The notes beneath the pieces are model-generated. The model did not search any database. It was not told where the DNA came from and was given only the letters and a program-made list of their open reading frames with translations. A stretch of 49,598 nt of DNA from Candidatus Enterousia excrementavium (GTDB lineage: Bacteria; Pseudomonadota; Alphaproteobacteria; Rs-D84): NCBI GenBank assembly GCA_017694175.1, contig JADINE010000026.1:1-49598 (forward strand), given 5' to 3'. Numbering within the stretch: position 1 is the first letter of the stretch; every line of letters starts with the position of its first letter. Shown here in pieces: positions 8,173-17,806 of this stretch. Position numbers and translations under genes: made by a program.

Positions 8173-9128
8173 TTTAATCTCTCCCTGAACAATTCCAACA
8201 CACGTGCGCGCACATTTTCAATTGTATCGCGAACAACGGCACCCGCCGCATACGCATGCCCCCCACCGCCCAACGCAACGGCAATATCATCAACGCGCCC
8301 TGTTTTGCTGCGCAATGAAACACCGGTTTGATTTTCCTTTTGCCGCTTTAACAATGCAACATATTCAACGCCCTTGATTTGCCCCAGCAAAGACAACACC
8401 AATTCGCCGCGCCCATCCAGATGCTTGTAATCCTGGGCACCAACAGTTGCCACCGCCAAGCGGCCACGAAATAAAAATTCAGCCCGCGACGCCACCGCTG
8501 CTTCGGTTACAACAGATTTACGCGGCCTGTTATTCAGCAAATTTGAAATCCATTCGATACTGACCCCCGAATCCACCAATTCCGCCATAATACGCAACAC
8601 TTTACCTTTGCGCGCATACTTAAAATTGCCTGTATCGGTTAAAATCGCCAACGCCAAAAGATTATTCACATCGACATTTCGCGCCCAATCCAGTTTTTTT
8701 GCAATATTAAAAATTATTTCCCCAGCGGCCGCAGCCCCCACATCATCCAAACACAAATCGCCAATTTTATCATCATTTCTGTGGTGATCTATCTCGACAA
8801 CATATTTTGCCGATTCCACCGCCGGCATTACCCCGCCCATGTGATTTCTGGTTCCATAGTCTACTACAAAAACCAAATCAAATTTTTTTTCCAAATCCAC
8901 ATGCCCAAAAAAATGCATATTTGCACGCAAAGGCACATTATCCAGCATATTGGGAATATTTCCATCATAAACGCACAACGCGCTTTTTCCAAAATTTAAT
9001 TTCACCAGTTCGGCCAACGCCAGCACAGAACAAAACGAATCACCATCTGGATTTTTATGTCCAGCAATCAAAATACTCTTCGCATTTTGAATTTTATCTG
9101 TTAAAAGTTTCAAATCATCTGTTTTCAT
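8169..9128 (-). CDS. nrnA: DHH/DHHA1 phosphoesterase (NrnA-like oligoribonuclease/pAp phosphatase)
   Basis: 'HKNPDGDSFCS', 'EIDHHRN' and 'GGGHAYAAGA' motifs. ATGA overlap with lolA. Confidence 0.8.
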   Translation of the reverse strand: MKTDDLKLLTDKIQNAKSILIAGHKNPDGDSFCSVLALAELVKLNFGKSALCVYDGNIPNMLDNVPLRANMHFFGHVDLEKKFDLVFVVDYGTRNHMGGVMPAVESAKYVVEIDHHRNDDKIGDLCLDDVGAAAAGEIIFNIAKKLDWARNVDVNNLLALAILTDTGNFKYARKGKVLRIMAELVDSGVSIEWISNLLNNRPRKSVVTEAAVASRAEFLFRGRLAVATVGAQDYKHLDGRGELVLSLLGQIKGVEYVALLKRQKENQTGVSLRSKTGRVDDIAVALGGGGHAYAAGAVVRDTIENVRARVLELFRERLK

Positions 9129-9134
9129 TATGTC

Positions 9135-10922
9135 CTATACAGCAATATCTTCTATGAAAAACTGCGCGCTTACCCGCCCATTAAACTCATTTTCTTTCAA
9201 TTTACCCAACATTATTATTTTAGTGTTTGCGTTTGCCTCGTCCAGTAAAAAATTGCCAACCGGCGTCCCGGCCAGGTTAAACCCAACAAAAGCCAACTGA
9301 GTCCCAGCACTTGTAGTAACAGCGCCACGCACATGCGCACCATGCCCCATGGTTGTGGCAAAACGCAACGTCGCGCCATGCAATATTAACGTAGGCTCGG
9401 GATTTCCCTGCCCAAACGGTTCCAGCGCACGCAATTTATTAACTAATTTCAGCGTAGCCCCCCCAGCATCCATTTCTGCATCTGCAACAATTTCTTTATG
9501 TGGAATACGTCCATTTAATTGGTCACGCACAGCCTGTTCCAAAAATTCGCAAAATCGTGCTTCATTTTCAACCGCCAAAGAAAACCCAGCCGCCGCAGCA
9601 TGCCCCCCGCCTTCGGACACGATTCCGGCCGCCAATGCATCATGGATAATTTTTCCCAAATCCACCCCAGTAATTGACCGCCCAGAACCATTAATAACGC
9701 CATCAATACGCGTTGCCACACACGCCGGCAAATTATATTTATCTTTTAATCGTCCTGCGATAATCCCCATAACGCCGCCATGCCAGTTATCGCCACAGAC
9801 GAACAAACTGCAATGCCCATTGTCACAACATTTCTTAGCCATATCCCCAGCCGACAACATAATTGCATTTTGAATATCTATACGTTCCTGGTTCATTTGA
9901 TGCAATTGCTGTGCCAACGAATTTGCAATCAATGGATTATCAGTAAGCAACAATTCCAACGCCGGCGCCGCCGAATCCAAACGCCCGGCCGCATTTAATC
10001 TGGGGCCAATTGCAAACCCTGCTGCATAAACAGAAGGCTTTTTAATCCCAGCCACATCCATCAACGTGCGCAGCCCCAAATTTTTTCGCAATCCCAAAAC
10101 ACGCAATCCAGTCGCAACAAAAGCCCTGTTTAATCCGACCAGCGGCATAGTGTCACAAATTGTTCCCAACGCAACCAAATCCAGATAATCCATCAAATCA
10201 GTATCTGCAACACGTTGCGCCATCTCGGGCGATAAATCACGTCTGCGCAATTCACGCCGCAACGCAACCAACGTTAAAAACGCGACACCCACGCCCGCCA
10301 AATACTGTAACCCTGATTTATCATCCGCACGTTTTGGATTAATCACAGCATCGGCATGGGGCAACACACTGTCTGGGGAATGATGATCAGTCACAACAAC
10401 ACGCATTCCACGCTGTCTTGCATGCTCGACCTCGGCCACACCGCTTATTCCACAATCAACAGTAATTATAAGTTTTGCGCCGCCGTCTGCGATTTCATCT
10501 ATGGCGGAAATGTTTAATCCATATCCTTCGCCTTCGCGTGTTGGCAAATGCCAAACTACATCAGTTCCCAGCGCGCGTAAATATTTCACAAAAATCGCCG
10601 TAGACGTAATTCCATCAACATCATAATCGCCATAAATTGCAATTTTTTCATTACGTAAAATACTGTCTGCGATTATTGCCACCGCCGTATCCATATCACA
10701 CAGTTCAGACGGATTTGGCATATATTCTTTTATACTTGGATTCAAAAATTTATCCATCGCAGCCATATCAGTCACGCCACGACTGGTTAAAATTTTCTGC
10801 ACTAAATTATCGGGCTGAATGTAACCATCATCTTCACCAGGATACGTCGCCACCGTCCATACCTGCCCCAGTATGGACTTATCTACCACCTTTTTCACAC
10901 TGCACTCTTTTTTTATTATCAA
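9135..10922 (-). CDS. recJ: single-stranded-DNA-specific exonuclease RecJ
   Basis: 'IAIYGDYDVDGITS', 'VVVTDHH' and 'GGGHAAAAGF' motifs plus a C-terminal OB-like region. The track start is TTG and the true start is uncertain. Confidence 0.9.
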   Translation of the reverse strand: MIIKKECSVKKVVDKSILGQVWTVATYPGEDDGYIQPDNLVQKILTSRGVTDMAAMDKFLNPSIKEYMPNPSELCDMDTAVAIIADSILRNEKIAIYGDYDVDGITSTAIFVKYLRALGTDVVWHLPTREGEGYGLNISAIDEIADGGAKLIITVDCGISGVAEVEHARQRGMRVVVTDHHSPDSVLPHADAVINPKRADDKSGLQYLAGVGVAFLTLVALRRELRRRDLSPEMAQRVADTDLMDYLDLVALGTICDTMPLVGLNRAFVATGLRVLGLRKNLGLRTLMDVAGIKKPSVYAAGFAIGPRLNAAGRLDSAAPALELLLTDNPLIANSLAQQLHQMNQERIDIQNAIMLSAGDMAKKCCDNGHCSLFVCGDNWHGGVMGIIAGRLKDKYNLPACVATRIDGVINGSGRSITGVDLGKIIHDALAAGIVSEGGGHAAAAGFSLAVENEARFCEFLEQAVRDQLNGRIPHKEIVADAEMDAGGATLKLVNKLRALEPFGQGNPEPTLILHGATLRFATTMGHGAHVRGAVTTSAGTQLAFVGFNLAGTPVGNFLLDEANANTKIIMLGKLKENEFNGRVSAQFFIEDIAV

Positions 10923-10940
10923 AAAGATTATAATCGAAAA

Positions 10941-12554
10941 TTATTCAAATAGCAACGGCAGTATCCCATCAAGAATTTTTCCCGTTGTCGGCACGGCATT
11001 CCATGCAGCAGTTCGCAATCCGAACGATTCCTTTGTGCCACTTGGTTCATCCAAAACAACCAAAATAGTATATTGCGGCGCATCCACAGGGAAAATTCCC
11101 GCAAACGCAGTTAAATTCTTTTTTCTGTTTCCATATTTTTCAGCGGTTGCAGTTTTTCCACCAATTTGAATACCCGCCACACGCGCCTGTTTGCCGCTGG
11201 TTTCCTCGGCAATATGGAACATAATATTACGCAGACGCGCGGAAATTTCATCTGACAATACGCGTTGCCCCTGCACAGGCCCCACCCCACGTTTTAATAT
11301 TGTCGGATAAATATAAATTCCACCATTTGTCATCGCATTTACGCCCAGCAACAAATGCATTGGCGTCACAGAAATACCATGCCCAAACGATACCGTCGCC
11401 CGTTCCACAGGCCCCCATTTTGCCGGCAACAGCGGACGTTCTGTGGAACCAAAATCCAAATCCAATGGTTCATCAAAATGTAACCTCTTGAAAAATTCCT
11501 GTTGCGTACCATCTGGTAAATCCAACGCGATTTGCGCACTGCCCGCATTGCACGAATGCAACATAATTTCTTCTATGGTTAAATTCGGACGTGGCGGTTT
11601 AAAACTGCGCACATCACTGATTCGTTTAACCACGCGCCCAAATTTATCAGTAATCGGGAATGGTTCGGCCACATAGTATTCTTTGTCTATGCCGTTTTCC
11701 ATGGCCATGGCCGTATTAAATATTTTAAATATCGACCCCATTTCAAACACCCCACGCATAGGCATAAACATGCGATTGGACGCCGGATCCAAATTAATAT
11801 TTTCCGGATCGAAATCGGGCAACGACACCATTGCAATAATTTCACCAGTACGCGAATTCATCAGCATACCCATGGCGGCGCGCGCCTGATATTTCTGCAT
11901 AGCAATGCTTAACTGATCATAAAAAACGCTTTGAATTCGTGCATCCAGCGACAATTGCAATGGATCAGTATTTTGTTGCAAATAATCATCATAAAGGCGT
12001 TCAATACCTTCCAATCCATGGCCATCTTTTCCAACGAATCCGATAATATGCGAAAACAGCCTGCGCTTTGGATAACGCCGTCTTTGTCTGGCCTCAATTT
12101 CTAATCCGGCCAAATCTGCTTCTTCCACTGCGGCACGTTCCGCATCAGACGCGTAATCTTTAACAGATATATATTTACGCGAAGAATTCACCAAATCCAA
12201 CGCCTGGGCCAAAGAAAATTTATACGGGAAGATTTGATGTATGGCCTGCGCCACGGCATCTCTGTCTTTTACCATTTGCGGCCGCAATATTATATGCCCA
12301 GACATAATATTTTTTGCCAAAATTTCGCCGTTTCTGTCCACGATATCTGCGCGTTGCACTTGCCATTCACCATCAGCCAATCCACGCCGTGCTTTATCTG
12401 TACCCTCTATGCCCAAAGACAGTGTACGCAGAATAAAAATCACAAAAACCGCAACGAAAATATAATAAATCCAGCGCATTCGTTTATGTCCATCACGATC
12501 GACTGATGCGCTGTAAAAACCATGCTTGAAAATATCCCTGCCGATTTCAAACAT
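10941..12554 (-). CDS. ftsI: peptidoglycan D,D-transpeptidase FtsI (class B PBP)
   Basis: N-terminal TM. SxxK 'SIFK', SxN 'SCN', and a third motif 'KTATA' (KTA where KTG is expected). Confidence 0.85.
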   Translation of the reverse strand: MFEIGRDIFKHGFYSASVDRDGHKRMRWIYYIFVAVFVIFILRTLSLGIEGTDKARRGLADGEWQVQRADIVDRNGEILAKNIMSGHIILRPQMVKDRDAVAQAIHQIFPYKFSLAQALDLVNSSRKYISVKDYASDAERAAVEEADLAGLEIEARQRRRYPKRRLFSHIIGFVGKDGHGLEGIERLYDDYLQQNTDPLQLSLDARIQSVFYDQLSIAMQKYQARAAMGMLMNSRTGEIIAMVSLPDFDPENINLDPASNRMFMPMRGVFEMGSIFKIFNTAMAMENGIDKEYYVAEPFPITDKFGRVVKRISDVRSFKPPRPNLTIEEIMLHSCNAGSAQIALDLPDGTQQEFFKRLHFDEPLDLDFGSTERPLLPAKWGPVERATVSFGHGISVTPMHLLLGVNAMTNGGIYIYPTILKRGVGPVQGQRVLSDEISARLRNIMFHIAEETSGKQARVAGIQIGGKTATAEKYGNRKKNLTAFAGIFPVDAPQYTILVVLDEPSGTKESFGLRTAAWNAVPTTGKILDGILPLLFE

Positions 12555-12557
12555 CTG

Positions 12558-12872
12558 CTATTGTACTTTTTCCTTGCGTGTTGGTAAATCTTGGACAGAT
12601 ATCATTTTATGATATCCGATAATTTCAGATTCAGGATATACACTAATTACCAAATTTCCCAAAATTTCCGATCGTTCATATGACGACAAATCTGTTTCTG
12701 CGGCATTTATATCCTGCTGAACTTGCACAATTTCGTTACGAACCCGATTGCGCATTTTACGTTGTGTACGATAACAAACCTGCAACACAGCCGACAGCAT
12801 AAGCACCAGGCAAATCGCCCACAAACCGATATACCACATTTTTTTTGATTCGCCCATTTTACTATGCCCCAT
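12558..12872 (-). CDS. ftsL: putative cell-division protein FtsL
   Basis: Single TM (WYIGLWAICLVLMLSAVL) followed by a coiled-coil-like segment. Lies directly upstream of ftsI. The call rests on position and architecture only. Confidence 0.45.
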   Translation of the reverse strand: MGHSKMGESKKMWYIGLWAICLVLMLSAVLQVCYRTQRKMRNRVRNEIVQVQQDINAAETDLSSYERSEILGNLVISVYPESEIIGYHKMISVQDLPTRKEKVQ

Positions 12873-12890
12873 AACTGCATATCAATAATA

Positions 12891-13253
12891 TCATAAATTC
12901 TGTAAAAAACGAATCATAGAATTCAATCCGTTTAAACGCCCCGCCCCTAAATTAATATCCAGGCTTGCGAATTCGCCTGCCAAATCCATTTTTTTTATTT
13001 CATCTGGACTTTTACCATCAACCATAGCAGTAATAATTGCAACAATACCCCGCACAATTCCCGAATCGGCGCGCCCATAAAATCTGTTTCCAACCCTGCA
13101 TATTTCTGCGAACGAAGCACATCCCTGTATTTCATTACACACAGCCATTTCAGGCACCTTGGGCATATGCGCACCAAAATCCATAACCATTTCCAATTTT
13201 TGTACAGGATCGTTCACCATCATCAACATATTTTTCATTTCAGCATATTTCAT
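12891..13253 (-). CDS. sufE: cysteine desulfuration protein SufE
   Basis: 'IQGCASFAEI..GRADSGIVRGIVAI..GAGRLNGLNSM' matches conserved SufE motifs, including the acceptor Cys. Confidence 0.8.
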   Translation of the reverse strand: MKYAEMKNMLMMVNDPVQKLEMVMDFGAHMPKVPEMAVCNEIQGCASFAEICRVGNRFYGRADSGIVRGIVAIITAMVDGKSPDEIKKMDLAGEFASLDINLGAGRLNGLNSMIRFLQNL

Positions 13254-13256
13254 GGC

Positions 13257-13571
13257 CTACCACCCCTGCTCGGTCAAATCCAATTCCAAACGCGCCGCCT
13301 CAGACATCCGCGACAAATCCCACGGCGGATCCCAAACCAATTCAATATGCACATCACGCCCCCCCGACACAGCTGCCACAGAATCATGCACCTGCTGTAA
13401 CAAATCTTCCATCATGGGACACGTTGGACTGGTAAAAGTCATTTTAATATCCACAGATTTTTCACCAATCCCGATATCATAAATCAAACCCAAATCCCAG
13501 ATATTCACTGGGATTTCAGGATCATATACGGAACGCAACACCTCGATAATATTTTCTTTTGTTAATACCAT
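13257..13571 (-). CDS. sufT: Fe-S assembly protein SufT (DUF59/MIP18 family)
   Basis: 'VYDPEIPVNIWDLGLIYDI' and 'TSPTCPM' are hallmark DUF59 motifs. Confidence 0.8.
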   Translation of the reverse strand: MVLTKENIIEVLRSVYDPEIPVNIWDLGLIYDIGIGEKSVDIKMTFTSPTCPMMEDLLQQVHDSVAAVSGGRDVHIELVWDPPWDLSRMSEAARLELDLTEQGW

Positions 13572-13576
13572 CTCTT

Positions 13577-14716
13577 TTATTTTACCACACTTTCTATTAT
13601 ATCAGCGGCACGCACCGCATCATCCATTGTATTCGTTGACCCCACAGAAATACGCGCTGTCCCCGCCACCCCAAAGGCTTTGTGAATCCAACTGGCGCAC
13701 ATATTACCCACACGCAAACACAGCCCACGTGCACCAACCAACGCCCCAAAATCCAGTATATGCATACCATCTATATAAAACGTTAACAACGCCGCATCGC
13801 GCGAAGTAATTATCTTTATCCGGGCATTTTCAGACAACCTGTCATATAAATATTTGATTAAATCCAAATTGGGCCGATTCGCAGACAAATAATCCATGGC
13901 AGCCGGCAATCCGATAATTTGGGTTACTGGTAACGTACCTGCTTCAAATTTAGCCGGCGCATTTTCCCATTGGAACATAACATTATGTTCAACCGCACTG
14001 CCCGTTATTTTTGAAATCATTCCGCCACCAAATTTATCAGGACTTACCCACCGTTCAGGATTTTTCATATACATAATTCCCAAACCAGTATCAGCCCCAA
14101 TTTTATGCGCCGAAAAACACATAAAATCGCAATCCCATTTTTGAACATCAATTTCGTCATGCACAACATATTGCGCAGCATCAACCACAGTTATAACATC
14201 TGGATTTTTTCTACGCGCGGCGGCAATCAATCCTGCAACATCTTGGGCCACACCCATAACATTTGACATAGCGGTAATAACAAACACATCTGCGCGTGGT
14301 AAATCAGAACACATTAAATTGTATTTGTCATCCATTGGACATAAAACAATCTTGCACAAATCAGAATCATATAACAATTCGAACGGCAAACGCGCACTGT
14401 GGTGATCCAAATCAGACACCATCACAGTTTTATTTTTTATCCCCGCCCTACACACACAATCATTTATTATATGCACAATTCTGTTCATACCATCAGTTGT
14501 CCCAGACGTAAACACAATCTGATCGGGACGAGCATTTATAAACTGCGCCGCGCGCGCACGCGCCTTTGCAACCATATCATCCACATTGCTGGCACGTGCA
14601 CAAATGCCCCGCCCTGCGTTCGCATAATCGTGGCGCAGAAAATCACATTCAGCCGCAATAACAGATTCGGGTTTCAACGCACTGGCCGCACTATCTAAGT
14701 ATATGATATTATTCAT
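13577..14716 (-). CDS. sufS: cysteine desulfurase (class V aminotransferase, SufS/CsdA-like)
   Basis: PLP lysine in 'FSAHKIG'. Catalytic Cys loop 'RVGNMCASW'. Confidence 0.85.
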   Translation of the reverse strand: MNNIIYLDSAASALKPESVIAAECDFLRHDYANAGRGICARASNVDDMVAKARARAAQFINARPDQIVFTSGTTDGMNRIVHIINDCVCRAGIKNKTVMVSDLDHHSARLPFELLYDSDLCKIVLCPMDDKYNLMCSDLPRADVFVITAMSNVMGVAQDVAGLIAAARRKNPDVITVVDAAQYVVHDEIDVQKWDCDFMCFSAHKIGADTGLGIMYMKNPERWVSPDKFGGGMISKITGSAVEHNVMFQWENAPAKFEAGTLPVTQIIGLPAAMDYLSANRPNLDLIKYLYDRLSENARIKIITSRDAALLTFYIDGMHILDFGALVGARGLCLRVGNMCASWIHKAFGVAGTARISVGSTNTMDDAVRAADIIESVVK

Positions 14717-14790
14717 TTTATGATTTCCCTTGCATTTTATGGGGATTATAATACACTCGTGTGAAATATCAACAAGGAAGGAGTTGAACT

Positions 14791-15111
14791 ATGGCTTTGG
14801 AACATGCAAACGATGCAACATTCGAATCGTTGGTTAATTCGGGTATTGCGCTGGTTGATTTTTGGGCACCATGGTGCGGTCCATGCCGTATGTTTGGGCC
14901 GATTTTCGAATCAGCATCCGACAAAATCCCCGATGTAAAATTTATTAAATTTGAAATCGACGAAGCGAATCGACGTACCCCGGCTAAATTCGGCATACGC
15001 AGCATCCCAAGTGTATTGGCATTTCGCAACGGCGAATTAATCGAGGCTCGCACAGGCCTTATGGACGAAGAAACACTTTCGGATTGGATACGTGAACTAA
15101 AAGGATCCTGA
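14791..15111 (+). CDS. trxA: thioredoxin
   Basis: 'WAPWCGPC' active site. 106 aa. Strong AAGGAAGGAG SD. Confidence 0.92.
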   Translation: MALEHANDATFESLVNSGIALVDFWAPWCGPCRMFGPIFESASDKIPDVKFIKFEIDEANRRTPAKFGIRSIPSVLAFRNGELIEARTGLMDEETLSDWIRELKGS

Positions 15112-15113
15112 AA

Positions 15114-15539
15114 ATGGCAGAAAATTATAAAAATATTGAATTACCACCAAAATACACACCGAAAAAATCGGAACCGTATATGTGCCCCCAACAGTTGGCA
15201 TACTTCTATCAATTACTTTCCACCCAGAAAGAAGAATTGTTACACGATTCCGCAGGTGCATTGAACGCTGTTCGCACAGCCGACCAAGCAGATTCCACCG
15301 GTGTTGGCGATGATACAGACAACGCAACATTTGAACAAGAAATCACAATGAATTTGCGTATGTCCGAACGCGATAATAATTTATTAAAAAAAATAAATGC
15401 GGCATTGGAACGAATCGAAAATGGCACATATGGTTACAGTGTTGTATCGGGCGAAGAAATCGGTCTGAATCGTATGTTGGCACGTCCTCTGGCAACTATG
15501 ACAGTTGACGAACAGGAAGAATATGAAAAACGAAAATAA
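15114..15539 (+). CDS. dksA: RNA polymerase-binding regulator DksA (no zinc-finger cysteines)
   Basis: Coiled-coil tip 'DDTDNAT' (DxxDxA). The C-terminus 'YGYSVVSGEEIGLNRMLARPLATMTVDEQ' aligns with the DksA C4 finger, but all four Cys are replaced. Confidence 0.85.
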   Translation: MAENYKNIELPPKYTPKKSEPYMCPQQLAYFYQLLSTQKEELLHDSAGALNAVRTADQADSTGVGDDTDNATFEQEITMNLRMSERDNNLLKKINAALERIENGTYGYSVVSGEEIGLNRMLARPLATMTVDEQEEYEKRK

Positions 15540-15557
15540 TTAAATTAATTATATTCA

Positions 15558-15584
15558 GGCGCGCCACTTGGCGCGCTGTTTTTT
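15558..15584 (+). terminator. intrinsic terminator between dksA and the convergent protease gene
   Basis: GGCGCGCC-ACTT-GGCGCGCT hairpin followed by GTTTTTT. Confidence 0.75.
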
Positions 15585-15585
15585 A

Positions 15586-17388
15586 TTATCGCTTCTGTGG
15601 TTCGTTTTTATTTGATTGTGCGCCATGCACAATATTTTCAACAATATTCCCCAGCACCCCGGCCCCCACCCCGGCACCGGCAACTGCACCGCCTGTCTTC
15701 ATCTGTTGGGCAGTCTGCTCTTTCTGGTCCGCCCATTCGGCTGCGTCCGCCCCATTTGGATTCATCAACGCGCGTGATATTGACGCATATGAACCATCAG
15801 TGATACCAACAGCCTCGTTATCATATAATCCAGACGTTGCCGCATCCGAAATAACCTCGGCTTCTATGCCAGATGCCATACCCAGGGCTTCTTTACGCAC
15901 CCTTAAATCCGCCGCCAATGTTGTATATTCGTTATACAGTGGCAACAACACATTTGCACCGGGCAATTGCACATTTACACTTCCGCCAACAACATTCATC
16001 CCAGCCCCATAATCACACCGGAATGTGGCCAAATATGCCGCCATATCACGTTCAGCATCCGCATCAACACGCTTCTCGGCAATCGCGGCCGCCAATTGCA
16101 TGCCACCAACACCGCCCGCACCAATCGCAACCCCGCCGACAAGCCTGTTTGCCAATGATTGTTCACGCTGCTTTGCTTCTTCGTATTCCTGTTGTGCCTG
16201 CTCGTACTGTTCTAACTTATCTTGATACAGAACAAAATCGCTTAATATTTCCAACACATCTTTATCCGACATTTCATCGGAATACCCGCGTATACGCGCC
16301 GCCACAGATGCTTCCAGTTCATCTAACTCGTCTTTTTGTAACGCTAAATCTTCTTCTCTTGGAATATTACTTGCAGAAATCGGGGTCAACCCATCATTAT
16401 TTACAATGTTTTCATCAACACTCTGCGCCGCATCACTGGGGGCTTTGTTATCATCATCGGTCAAAGTTGTTTGTACAACCCACGTTTTATCCCCAGCAAT
16501 AATATCAGGTACATCCGACACCTGGGGCGATAACTTCTTCATTTCCGACAAAGCGTTTGCAAAAAAATTGAACGAAACAGCAGTTATATAATCGCCCTGG
16601 GGTTCAAACGAAGACTTACTGCGTGAAAAAATTCCATACAAAACCAAACTATCACGGTTCAGCACTGCCCCACCAGAATTTCCACTAACCCCGTCGCACT
16701 CGGTTCTGAAATTATAAGTATCATACATCCCGGTTATACTGCACGTCTTGTCAACCTTTAACCGATATCCCTGCGTTTGTTCATCCCAATCCCGCAAAGA
16801 TTTATTATCCAGCAACAACGCCAATTCCCGTAACAATGCCGCATCTGATTTCAAATATCCATCAACATCTGTTCCCATGGGCATACGCACAATATCGTTT
16901 AAATACCACCGCAGCAAAGCAATTTCATCATCAGACAAAATCCGCAACCACCCAAACCCCAGCCCCATCACAGGCACAGGAAAAGTAACAGCGCCCGTTG
17001 GCTCCGAAAAAAATTCAGTACTGAAAAATTTAACGTCTTTCACCCGCAACAAAGCCCAATCATCAGTGTCTAGATTATCGCCATATTTTTCCAACACAAC
17101 TGATGTTTTTCGTCCATCATGCAACTGAATTTCATATTCATTTCCCAACGAAGCATTGTTATCAAATTCGTCACTTTCAACAACACAATGCCGCGCAGTC
17201 GCAATAATATCAGGCGCCACATATTGTGCTGTGCAACTGGTATCCTTGTCGACGTGCAAATACACAACCCTGTTATACGGGGGCTGCGCCCAATCAACAT
17301 ATTCACGGGCATCTTTATCGCCGATTCCAGCGAATGCAAAACCCGGCACGAACAACATCGCGATAAAAATTAACTTACGCAAAAACAA
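15586..17388 (-). CDS. secreted trypsin-like (S1) serine protease with coiled-coil and Gly-rich C-terminal extension
   Basis: TTG start with a GGAG SD. Signal peptide. Catalytic triad context 'TARHC', 'DDWALLRV', 'GVSGNSGGAV'. C-terminal half holds 'QYEQAQQEYEEAKQREQ' and two glycine-zipper stretches. Confidence 0.7.
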   Translation of the reverse strand: MFLRKLIFIAMLFVPGFAFAGIGDKDAREYVDWAQPPYNRVVYLHVDKDTSCTAQYVAPDIIATARHCVVESDEFDNNASLGNEYEIQLHDGRKTSVVLEKYGDNLDTDDWALLRVKDVKFFSTEFFSEPTGAVTFPVPVMGLGFGWLRILSDDEIALLRWYLNDIVRMPMGTDVDGYLKSDAALLRELALLLDNKSLRDWDEQTQGYRLKVDKTCSITGMYDTYNFRTECDGVSGNSGGAVLNRDSLVLYGIFSRSKSSFEPQGDYITAVSFNFFANALSEMKKLSPQVSDVPDIIAGDKTWVVQTTLTDDDNKAPSDAAQSVDENIVNNDGLTPISASNIPREEDLALQKDELDELEASVAARIRGYSDEMSDKDVLEILSDFVLYQDKLEQYEQAQQEYEEAKQREQSLANRLVGGVAIGAGGVGGMQLAAAIAEKRVDADAERDMAAYLATFRCDYGAGMNVVGGSVNVQLPGANVLLPLYNEYTTLAADLRVRKEALGMASGIEAEVISDAATSGLYDNEAVGITDGSYASISRALMNPNGADAAEWADQKEQTAQQMKTGGAVAGAGVGAGVLGNIVENIVHGAQSNKNEPQKR

Positions 17389-17415
17389 TGTTTGTACTCC
17401 AATCTGACTGTAAAA

Positions 17416-17424
17416 ATTATATCA
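17416..17424 (-). promoter_or_regulatory. extended -10 element (TGATATAAT)
   Basis: Minus strand reads TTTTGTGATATAAT, about 28 nt upstream of the protease TTG start. Confidence 0.45.
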
Positions 17425-17488
17425 CAAAACACGGGGAAAATAAAACAAAAGGCCGGCAAACACCGGCCAAAAACAAATATCCAATGGG

Positions 17489-17788
17489 CTATTTCTTAGC
17501 GCCACGCACGGTGCCCTTTTTCTGGCCAACCTTTCCAGAACGCGAGCCGGCCTTTACCGGCTTTTTTGCCGTTTTTTGCACCTGTTTTTCCGCGACACCC
17601 GCACCATCAGCGTCCCCGGCATTTACCGGCTTTTTTTCGATTTTGTTCGATTTATCTTTTAATTCTTTTTTAAACGTATTAAGCCCATCAGCCAAATTTT
17701 TCATCATGCCAGGGATTTTATTATGGGCAAACAAAATCACCACCAGCAAAACAATTGTCAGTATTTCCCAAACGCCAAAACGTCCCAT
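17489..17788 (-). CDS. tatA: twin-arginine translocase subunit TatA/E
   Basis: 'MGRFGVWEILTIVLLVVILF' TM plus an amphipathic helix and a K-rich tail. AGGGGA SD. Confidence 0.8.
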   Translation of the reverse strand: MGRFGVWEILTIVLLVVILFAHNKIPGMMKNLADGLNTFKKELKDKSNKIEKKPVNAGDADGAGVAEKQVQKTAKKPVKAGSRSGKVGQKKGTVRGAKK

Positions 17789-17806
17789 TTTAATCCCCTG
17801 TACTGC

